Below are positions 1 through 7,216 of a stretch of 34,926 nucleotides of DNA, piece after piece. The position numbers and the translations under genes are program-made. Positions within the stretch are counted from its first letter, which is position 1. Each line of letters begins with the position of its first letter. The stretch is from the sequence record SRR31156797_15833, one strand, 5' to 3'. Below the pieces are notes generated by a model. That model worked only from the letters and a program-made list of their open reading frames with translations, had not been told where the DNA came from and did not search any database.

Positions 1-63
1 CATATCAAAAAGCTGAGAGAGGTATATTCCCTCAACGAGCAAGACAAACTTAGCATCCGCTGA
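1..63 (+). CDS. 3' end of an upstream prophage gene (partial), possibly a virion morphogenesis / neck protein
   Basis: Frame 1 is open from the window edge (HIKKLREVYSLNEQDKLSIR*) and stops 18 bp before the next phage gene. The product is guessed from gene order only. Confidence 0.3.
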   Translation, partial: HIKKLREVYSLNEQDKLSIR

Positions 64-81
64 GATAAGCGAGGTTGAGAT

Positions 82-474
82 ATGGAATATTCTCAGATTC
101 TTCAGGCTATAGAAACACATGTAAATACCGTAACAGGGCTGAATGTTTTTGTGACACCTATAACGGATATCGCAGAGACAAACGCGCCTCTCGCTGTTAT
201 CGACTATGAGTCGGTGGTGATGGATGACGGTGCATCAAGCTATGGCACATGTGAGCTTATGGTTACTGTTGAAGTTTTAGATGAAAGCGACGCAGAGACC
301 TATATGGACTCTATCGTCAGTGCTTTGAGAGCTGATAAGACGCTTGGGGGGCTTGTTGAATCATGCTTTCCGGTTGAGATCAGCAAGCTTAAAGAGCATG
401 CAAGGTTTCAGTATGAATCGATCATGCTGAGGGTTCAAATAAACTATACCACTGGTTCAGAGTGGAATTTTTAG
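82..474 (+). CDS. Phage tail terminator / tail completion-like protein (130 aa)
   Basis: GAGG RBS before the ATG. Acidic 130-aa protein with an 'ALRADKTLGGLV' segment and a terminal beta-strand, as in lambda gpU-like tail terminators. Lies directly upstream of a tail-tube start. Confidence 0.65.
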   Translation: MEYSQILQAIETHVNTVTGLNVFVTPITDIAETNAPLAVIDYESVVMDDGASSYGTCELMVTVEVLDESDAETYMDSIVSALRADKTLGGLVESCFPVEISKLKEHARFQYESIMLRVQINYTTGSEWNF

Positions 475-485
475 GAGGATTAGAA

Positions 486-563
486 ATGGCAGGAAAGTAT
501 AAGATTGGTGTATGTAACGTATCATTCGGCGGCACATCACTCGGTACAACAAAAGACGGCTGA
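486..563 (+). pseudogene. Truncated phage major tail (tube) protein, N-terminal 25 aa only
   Basis: Strong AGGAGG RBS, then MAGKYKIGVCNVSFGGTSLGTTKDG*. This resembles siphophage tail-tube N-termini (IG.c.v.fgG.dLG.TkgG). It stops abruptly and no continuation fits before the tRNA terminator. Not in the ORF track. Confidence 0.65.
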
Positions 564-646
564 ATCGCAAATTGTACGCAGATGCGTCAAAAATGGGGCG
601 AAAATGGCTTAAATGGGACAGTTTTGTGAATTACAGAAGAATAGAT

Positions 647-683
647 AAAAAGAAAGCCCTACCATGAAGATAGGGCTTTTTCT
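647..683 (-). terminator. Intrinsic terminator downstream of tRNA-Arg
   Basis: Stem AAAGCCCTA (653-661) / TAGGGCTTT (671-679), followed on the minus strand by a U-rich tail. Confidence 0.75.
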
Positions 684-687
684 ATAA

Positions 688-761
688 CGCGCCTGAAGAG
701 ATTCGAACTCCTAACCTTTTGATTCGTAGTCAAATGCTCTATCCAGTTGAGCTACAGGCGC
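688..761 (-). tRNA. tRNA-Arg (anticodon ACG), CCA not encoded
   Basis: Reverse complement GCGCCTGTAGCTCAACTGGATAGAGCATTTGACTACGAATCAAAAGGTTAGGAGTTCGAATCTCTTCAGGCGCG folds as a cloverleaf with a CT-ACG-AA loop and a GTTCGAATC T-arm. Confidence 0.97.
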
Positions 762-772
762 AGGTCGGATGA

Positions 773-803
773 ATTTTATATAGTATTCAGTGGTGTTTGT
801 CAA
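773..803 (-). promoter_or_regulatory. Sigma70-type promoter of tRNA-Arg
   Basis: Minus strand TTGACA (803-798), 17 bp, TATAAA (780-775), just upstream of the tRNA 5' end. Confidence 0.75.
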
Positions 804-821
804 TGTATAAACATAAAAATG

Positions 822-2039
822 TTAGGAAAGAACAGAATAAAGTTTTTTATAATGCTCCATTGAGTCAACACGTATCTTTGTAAGGTGGTTATCTTCAAGG
901 CAAATCTGACATTTATCAAGCATTTTATAAATTTCTTCATCTATAACGCCTGAGTTATAAAAGTCGATCATATTGATAGCCATATATAAAATCCTCGTTT
1001 CATTCATAAATGAATTATGCTCCATCTCTCTTCCGTGGATGATAGGGGTGTAGTAGTCCTCGGACATTTTCCATTTTTTCAAGAGCATACCGCCTACTTT
1101 CATACCGTTGCTTTCAATAAGCTCAGAGTATCCATCTGTGTCGGTCCCAGAGGTCTCCTGTCCGGAGAGGTAGTCAGAGATTGATGCATATATAAATATC
1201 TTGCCAAGCTGGCTCATAAGCCCTATGGAAAACATTGTGACAGGGGACGTAACCTTGAAGCACTCAGCCATAACATAGCAAAGGCAGCCTACCTTAAGGG
1301 ATTCGTCCACAAGCTTTAGTATCTCTTTTGAGAATAAAAGGTCAGAGTTTGATGCCAATGACTTATTTATAAAATTTATAAGAAAAACTTTAACATTAGC
1401 TAGCCCGACACGAACCATAGCTTTTTCAACATCTGAGACACTGCTGAATGCACCGCTGAAATATGCCGAATTTGCCATTTTTATGATACCTGAGTGTAAA
1501 ACAGGGTCAGTTTTTGTCATGTCGTCTATCGCTTTGAATGAAATGTTATCATTTTCAAGGGCAGATAAAACAGTGATAGAATACTCATTTTTAACAGGAA
1601 GGTTGATCTTGCCTTTAAGGAGCATAAATTTAATGTGATCAAGGATTTTCTCAGGAGAGTTGTCGCTAACACTTTCCTGCATGTAAGGCTTACATACTGA
1701 TATGTTAGATAGAGTTGAGACTAACTCATTCGTTACGTCTTTATGGTTGAAAGTGATCACTTTCGCCGATGTTGCCATGCGTATGATCTCATCAGACATG
1801 CATATCAGAATCAGATTTTTGCTGTTTTCGTCGATACTGTCTCTCTGCTTATTATACGCTGAAAAATCTTCACGGGTTTCTAGTACGATAAAGATATTTA
1901 TAACATCGCTAACGAGGCTTGCACGTTTCATGCCGACAGAGATAGAGCTATACTGCTCATGTTCAAGCTCGATCATTTCGAGATAAGCACTATAGAAATT
2001 TAAGACAAGATGATTCGACGCCACTAAAATTGTATTCAT
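822..2039 (-). CDS. HDOD domain signalling protein
   Basis: HDOD signatures: 'INLPV', 'KTDPVLHSGIIKMANSAYF', 'DVEKAMVRVG', 'GLMSQLGK', 'GGMLLKKWKM'. Start is uncertain (ORF extends to 2090; MNTILVAS at 2039 preferred). Confidence 0.85.
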   Translation of the reverse strand: MNTILVASNHLVLNFYSAYLEMIELEHEQYSSISVGMKRASLVSDVINIFIVLETREDFSAYNKQRDSIDENSKNLILICMSDEIIRMATSAKVITFNHKDVTNELVSTLSNISVCKPYMQESVSDNSPEKILDHIKFMLLKGKINLPVKNEYSITVLSALENDNISFKAIDDMTKTDPVLHSGIIKMANSAYFSGAFSSVSDVEKAMVRVGLANVKVFLINFINKSLASNSDLLFSKEILKLVDESLKVGCLCYVMAECFKVTSPVTMFSIGLMSQLGKIFIYASISDYLSGQETSGTDTDGYSELIESNGMKVGGMLLKKWKMSEDYYTPIIHGREMEHNSFMNETRILYMAINMIDFYNSGVIDEEIYKMLDKCQICLEDNHLTKIRVDSMEHYKKLYSVLS

Positions 2040-2208
2040 ATTAATACTCAATAATAATAATATATAATTTACCATGTTACTTGTTTTCAATCAAACAAAT
2101 TGTTGGCAATGTGTTTTCTGTTTGTTGATGATTTTATGATAAGGACAGGATTGAATAATAGGTAAAAAGATAGTAGACTTTTTTAAGTTAAAGGATATAG
2201 TTGATAAT

Positions 2209-2577
2209 ATGAAAAAACTTGAAGATATTAATTTACTTTATGTAGAAGACGAAAAATTCACTAGAATGCTTGTTAAGAAGCTTTTAGAAAAAGAATCTAT
2301 TAATGTCCGTGAGGCTGCAAACGGGATTCTCGGTCTCAAAAAGTTTTATGAGAATACTCCAGACATCATTGTTACAGACCTCGCTATGCCTGAGATGGAC
2401 GGTTTTGAGATGATCAGTAAAATCAGATCATCTGGAAGCGGTGTCCCTATTATTATCACAACGGCTTACAGGGAAGAGGCTGAAAAAGTTTGCGATTTAG
2501 TTAATGGCTGTATTTTCAAGCCTATTATTAAAGATGATCTCGTAAAAGCTATAACTGAAGTTGTATCAAGTATATAA
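2209..2577 (+). CDS. Single-domain response regulator (CheY-like receiver)
   Basis: Receiver motifs LYVEDE, IIVTDLAMPEMDG, ITTAY and FKP; no output domain. Confidence 0.92.
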   Translation: MKKLEDINLLYVEDEKFTRMLVKKLLEKESINVREAANGILGLKKFYENTPDIIVTDLAMPEMDGFEMISKIRSSGSGVPIIITTAYREEAEKVCDLVNGCIFKPIIKDDLVKAITEVVSSI

Positions 2578-2693
2578 GCTTTCTTTTTGACGCTTTTGCA
2601 TTGTTATCCGGTTATGTTGATTAGCTTGACATGTTCTCATATTCACTTAAGATAACTAATATACGCATAATGTAATAATTTAGGGGAAGTTCT

Positions 2694-4685
2694 ATGCGGA
2701 ACCCTAGAAGCAATTTTAGTCGTTATTATTTTATCACTTCGTTTACTATTATATTTCTTATCACAATCGGAGTGGGTGCTTATCTTGTACTTGGTAAGTA
2801 CAAAGAGTTTAAGCGGTACACTTTCAAAGATAAAGTTACAAACATTGAAAATAAAAAACAGTTGATGAAGGATCTCGTAGATAGCTACGTTAATCAGGTA
2901 GATCAGATCATTGCCACATCAGACATTAGGCGTGATGAAACCACAAAGACCAGAGTCAAAACCGCACACCTCATTGCAACCAATATCTATGAAAATATGA
3001 AAGAGGTTAATAAGCCAGAGCAGATAAAAACAGCGATTAAAGCTGCGCTCTCCAGTATGGTTTTTGAACACGAATACCTTTTCTGCTTTGATATGAAAGG
3101 AACAGTGATCTCTTTACCAGTTATGAAAGATGTTGAAGGTAAAAACCTTATTGACGTTAAAGACCCTGAAGGGCGCTATACTCTTAGAAGGTCGATTAAG
3201 ATGGTGAAGGAGAAGTCTGAGGGTTTTAAAGAGATTTACTGGATGAATCCTCTTAAACCTGATAAAGGACCACAGAAGAAAGTCGTTTTTCTTAAGCATT
3301 TTGAGCCTTATGACTGGGTTATAGGTTTTGGATATTATAAAGAAGACTACGAAGAGCAGACTAAAAAGAAAGTGATAGGGCAGCTGGATGCTGTTAGATA
3401 TGAGAAAGATGGTTACCTTTTTGTTGCCAGCTATGATGGTGTTTCACTCAGCGGTCCGGCAAAAGTAAAAGGTAAAAATATGTTTAATGTTCAGGATGCT
3501 AATGGAAAGTTTATAGTCCGTGAGCTTATCGACAGAGCTAAAGAGGGTGGAGGATTTGTTGAATACGTTATGCCTTCATTTGCAGACTCGACCAGACATG
3601 AGACAAAGCTGAGCTATGCTGCGCCGGTGGAGCAGTACGACTGGTATGTTGGAACCGGAATGTATATCACTGATATCGAAGCAGAATATGAGTCGCGCAT
3701 AAGCGATTTATTCGCATCTGAAAAGAGAGAGATCACTCTGATTATCTGCGGGCTTATCGCACTTATTACAGTTGGCGGTATAGCAGTATACCTGTTTTCC
3801 GGCAGGCTACAGAAGCTGGTTGATACCTATAGTGATGAGCTCAACAGAAAGAATGATGAACTTAGCGAGTTAAACGCTAATCTTGAGGAGAGGGTCTCTG
3901 AGAAGACCTTTGAGCTGAACCAGTTAAATCAGTCTCTCGAACAGAGGGTTGTGGAAGAGGTCAGCAAGAACAGAGAGAAAGACAGGATTATGTTCCAGCA
4001 GGGCAGGCTTGCTGCTATGGGTGAGATGATAGCAAATATTGCCCACCAGTGGAGACAGCCACTTAGTAGTATATCTCTGATAGTTCAGGATATTCAAGAG
4101 GCTTACGGCTGTAAGGAGCTTGATGAGGACTATATGGCTGAATCAGTGAATAAATGTACCGGAACGATACAGCATATGTATGATACTATAGATAATTTCA
4201 GATATTTCTTTAATCCTGAAAAAGAGAGTGTGAAATTTTCTACTACCATTGAGCTCAAAAGGTGCCTGAGCCTTGTTGATGCCAGCTTGGAAAACCATGG
4301 CATAAAAGTTTATACAGATCTGAAGGCTGAAGATGATATTTTTGGTGTTTCCGGTGAATATTCTCAGGTGATAGTTAATATAATAAATAATGCGAAAGAT
4401 GTTCTCCTCGCTAAAAAGGTCAAAAATAGGGAGATCAGAATTAGAAGCTACTGTGAAAACGGTAATGTTGTTATGGAGATTTCTGACAATGGCGGCGGTG
4501 TGCCGGAAGAAATTATTGACAGGATTTTCGAGCCTTACTTTACAACGAAAAAACTGACTCAGGGGACTGGTATCGGTCTCTATTTTTCTAAGATGATTAT
4601 TGACAATAATATGGGTGGAAGTCTTTCTGTGCACAATATAAAAGACGGAGCCTGCTTTGTAATATCTATCCCTGTCGCTAAATAA
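2694..4685 (+). CDS. Membrane sensor histidine kinase with tandem Cache_2-type periplasmic domains
   Basis: Two TM segments flank two repeats of 'YLF..../GKN....D..G....R....K....GF....W..G.G.Y'. Coiled coil, H-box AHQWRQPL, and N/G1/F/G2 boxes (NNAKD, DNGGG, FEPYFTTK, GTGIGL). Confidence 0.93.
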   Translation: MRNPRSNFSRYYFITSFTIIFLITIGVGAYLVLGKYKEFKRYTFKDKVTNIENKKQLMKDLVDSYVNQVDQIIATSDIRRDETTKTRVKTAHLIATNIYENMKEVNKPEQIKTAIKAALSSMVFEHEYLFCFDMKGTVISLPVMKDVEGKNLIDVKDPEGRYTLRRSIKMVKEKSEGFKEIYWMNPLKPDKGPQKKVVFLKHFEPYDWVIGFGYYKEDYEEQTKKKVIGQLDAVRYEKDGYLFVASYDGVSLSGPAKVKGKNMFNVQDANGKFIVRELIDRAKEGGGFVEYVMPSFADSTRHETKLSYAAPVEQYDWYVGTGMYITDIEAEYESRISDLFASEKREITLIICGLIALITVGGIAVYLFSGRLQKLVDTYSDELNRKNDELSELNANLEERVSEKTFELNQLNQSLEQRVVEEVSKNREKDRIMFQQGRLAAMGEMIANIAHQWRQPLSSISLIVQDIQEAYGCKELDEDYMAESVNKCTGTIQHMYDTIDNFRYFFNPEKESVKFSTTIELKRCLSLVDASLENHGIKVYTDLKAEDDIFGVSGEYSQVIVNIINNAKDVLLAKKVKNREIRIRSYCENGNVVMEISDNGGGVPEEIIDRIFEPYFTTKKLTQGTGIGLYFSKMIIDNNMGGSLSVHNIKDGACFVISIPVAK

Positions 4686-4711
4686 AAAAAGCCGGATGTT
4701 AACACCCGGCT
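4684..4711 (-). terminator. Intrinsic terminator oriented for a minus-strand transcript; may also stop the plus-strand kinase gene
   Basis: Minus strand AGCCGGGTG-TTAA-CATCCGGCT followed by a T run. Confidence 0.8.
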
Positions 4712-4776
4712 GTCATATCGGATCTCCTCCCCCCGAGGGCTTACCCTTTATGATCTTGTAATTTTTTTAACTATGT
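4684..4776 (-). ncRNA. Putative ~90-nt small RNA
   Basis: Extended -10 TGgTACTAT (4790-4782), two short internal hairpins, and a terminator with its U-tract on the same strand. Not recognised as a known RNA family. Confidence 0.5.
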
Positions 4777-4809
4777 AATTAATAGTACCACTTATATTTT
4801 TAAGCGCTA

Positions 4810-4825
4810 TAACCCGACAGGGTGA
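4810..4825. promoter_or_regulatory. Palindromic activator site, candidate NarL/LuxR-type regulator box
   Basis: TAACCC-GACA-GGGTGA (one mismatch from TCACCC-N4-GGGTGA), centred ~42 bp upstream of the inferred start of the minus-strand transcript. Confidence 0.5.
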
Positions 4826-4874
4826 CGTTTTGGGTAGTGGGAGGTTTAAGGTGTTTGTATAACTAGTGAAAAAA

Positions 4875-5513
4875 TTATAAGATAGATTTGTATTTCGCTT
4901 TTCTGAGTGCGTCCTCTTTGCCGGACGCCTGAAGTTTTTCGTAGATGTTCTTTATATGGGTGTGGACAGTATTTCTGCTTATGCCTAGCTCTTCTGCCAC
5001 TTCGTTGTAAGTGAAACCTTGATCAAGTAGCTTGATAACCTCAACTTCTCTTCTTGTAAGACTGTCAGAGTCATTGTTAAAAGGCTTATCCTGAAAGAAG
5101 TTTATCACCTTTCTCGCTATGCTGGGTGTCATAGGTGAACCACCGTCATGGAGTAGCCTGATGTAGTTCGTTATGTGTATTGCGGATGCGCCCTTAAGAA
5201 CATATCCGGATGCGCCAGCTTTGAGTGCTTTGAAGAGGTATTCATTCCCGTCGTGGATAGTATAAACCATAAACTGAGTTTTAAGTCCCATTTTAACAAG
5301 CTGCTCAATGAGCTCTATGCCGGATGCACCGGGAAGGTTGATATCAACTATGAGAACGTCACAAGGTGCTTTAGATATTTCACTGGCAGCAGTCTCCGCA
5401 TTGGGATAGCTTGCGATAAAATGCATGTCAGGATCAGAGCGCAGGATGGCTCCGAGGCTTTCAGAAAGATCTATGTTGTCGTCTACAATTGAAACCCTAA
5501 TATTTTTACTCAA
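4875..5513 (-). CDS. NarL/LuxR-family DNA-binding response regulator
   Basis: Receiver (IVDD, IVDINLP, AGASGYVLKG) plus LuxR HTH (LTRREVEVI...EVAEELGISRNTVHTHIKNIYEKL). Confidence 0.95.
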   Translation of the reverse strand: MSKNIRVSIVDDNIDLSESLGAILRSDPDMHFIASYPNAETAASEISKAPCDVLIVDINLPGASGIELIEQLVKMGLKTQFMVYTIHDGNEYLFKALKAGASGYVLKGASAIHITNYIRLLHDGGSPMTPSIARKVINFFQDKPFNNDSDSLTRREVEVIKLLDQGFTYNEVAEELGISRNTVHTHIKNIYEKLQASGKEDALRKAKYKSIL

Positions 5514-5530
5514 GTTAATAACCCTAATAA

Positions 5531-7186
5531 CTAATCACTTAATGACGGAATGTTTATAGTAACAGTTGTACCATTTTCTGAGCTAATATCAATAGTCCCA
5601 TTGAGGCTTTCAATTCTTTTTTTCATATTTTTAAGCCCAAAGCCTTTTTTACTGTTAACCTCAATACCGACGCCGTCATCATTTATAATGAAGCTGAAGT
5701 TCTCTTTGCTAAAGTACACATCAATAGTAACATTTTCTGCTTGAGAGTGTTTGATAATATTGGTGATAACCTCTTTGAAAAGTCTGAAAATAGATATATA
5801 TCTGTCGAAATCTATTATAGTTATATACACGTCACCGTGTACTTTGAATTTCCTGTTTATCATCTTAGCATCAAGGACGGTCGAGCTGAAGCTGCGCATG
5901 TCTGATATGAGAGATTTCCAGTCTATCTTCTCTTTATCCAGTATATTCAGCATCGATCTCAGCTCAAAACTGCCGTTCTCCAGCAGATTTGCAATTTGCA
6001 TTATCATTCTGTTTTTCTCTTCGCTATCATCTGTGTCGAGGGCTGTCTGAGCTATTATAGCTCCGGTGGCTACAACACCGCCGATGCCATCGTGCATGTC
6101 TCCCAGCACTGTCTCTTTGTACGACAAAATCTCTTTTTCATGCATAGTCTGTATGGCATCAAACTGCTCTGTAATGTCGTTAAAAATTACAATGTGCCCA
6201 TGCAAACTGTCTTTGTTAATCTCTTTTTTCAGGGAGCTGAATCGATATTTACTTCCTGTTCCCCATTTTGTCTCAAGGATCACTGATTCATCTGTTCTCA
6301 GGTCATCCCAGTTAAGGTTAATCATGTTGAATACATCCTCAACACTCTTGCCTATCATATGGCTGTTAAACCTGAAAATGCTTTTCGCCTGTGGGTTAAA
6401 GTCTACGAACCTGTTAGTGGAATCTACTATGATCACCGGACTGCTGATCATGTCGAAAACTGTCTCTCTGGCGTATGGGGCTATGGTGATAAATCCGTAC
6501 TTAAATATAGCTATCGCAAAGAGTGAGCTGGTAATTATGAATGAACCCGGGATAGGGTTGTAAACCCCGAAGTCCATTACTCCGAAAACATAAAGAATGT
6601 TCACTGCCATATTGATTATCAACGAAACGATGATCAGCATGAACTGTGTCCTGTAAGGCTGCTTATGTGTGTAAACACCCTTAACTAGCAGGTATATTGA
6701 TATAATATTAACTGAGTAATGAAGAGAGATAATAGTTAATTTTGCCCAGATTCCGGGCGTGCGGATGATTATTTTAAATCCTTCTTTCGTTGTTAAGGTG
6801 AGGGTTTTCTCCCACGCCTGAAAAACAGGATTATCTGATAGAATTATGAATATAAACGCTATAGCTATTAGTGATAAACCTGCTGTGAGCCACCTCGGAG
6901 GCATCTTTTGTGTAGTGATCAGATAGATGCTTATGAGGAAAAAAACTGGAAAGAGCTGCATCGGGATAGGTACTATGCGTGAGATACTTCTGATTATGTC
7001 AAAGTCCGCAGTAATAAGCTGCACAAAGTATAAAGCGGGCCATGAACCAGCAAATATTAGTGCTATACCGAAGTATAGCATCGCTTTCTCCTGCCTGTTA
7101 TATATCCCATAAACCCCAAGCCCCAAGTTTAACAGTGCTGATAGCATTATTGTAAGGGCGTAAGGGGGGAACTGAAGTTCGGGCAT
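5531..7186 (-). CDS. Sensor histidine kinase with N-terminal 7TM domain, PAS-like domain and HisKA_3/HATPase
   Basis: About seven hydrophobic helices in the first 230 aa, a PAS-like 'VIIVD...VDFNPQA', H-box 'DMHDGIG', then 'EVITNIIKHSQA', 'DDGVG' and 'GFGLKNMKKR' (NarX/UhpB class). Confidence 0.92.
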   Translation of the reverse strand: MPELQFPPYALTIMLSALLNLGLGVYGIYNRQEKAMLYFGIALIFAGSWPALYFVQLITADFDIIRSISRIVPIPMQLFPVFFLISIYLITTQKMPPRWLTAGLSLIAIAFIFIILSDNPVFQAWEKTLTLTTKEGFKIIIRTPGIWAKLTIISLHYSVNIISIYLLVKGVYTHKQPYRTQFMLIIVSLIINMAVNILYVFGVMDFGVYNPIPGSFIITSSLFAIAIFKYGFITIAPYARETVFDMISSPVIIVDSTNRFVDFNPQAKSIFRFNSHMIGKSVEDVFNMINLNWDDLRTDESVILETKWGTGSKYRFSSLKKEINKDSLHGHIVIFNDITEQFDAIQTMHEKEILSYKETVLGDMHDGIGGVVATGAIIAQTALDTDDSEEKNRMIMQIANLLENGSFELRSMLNILDKEKIDWKSLISDMRSFSSTVLDAKMINRKFKVHGDVYITIIDFDRYISIFRLFKEVITNIIKHSQAENVTIDVYFSKENFSFIINDDGVGIEVNSKKGFGLKNMKKRIESLNGTIDISSENGTTVTINIPSLSD

Positions 7187-7216
7187 TAAATGCTCTCCAG
7201 AAATCTGTGTATATAT

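Larger units (their letters stand above)
1..690. mobile_element. Right end of a defective prophage adjacent to tRNA-Arg
   Basis: Two phage tail-module genes followed by ~125 bp of non-coding DNA and the 3' end of a tRNA, a common integration target. No integrase or second att copy is visible in the window. Confidence 0.55.

Noticed and set aside
688-761. tRNA genes lack an encoded CCA (also tRNA-Cys and tRNA-Gly)
   Set aside because: Common in many bacteria, where CCA is added after transcription; not a sign of pseudogenes.
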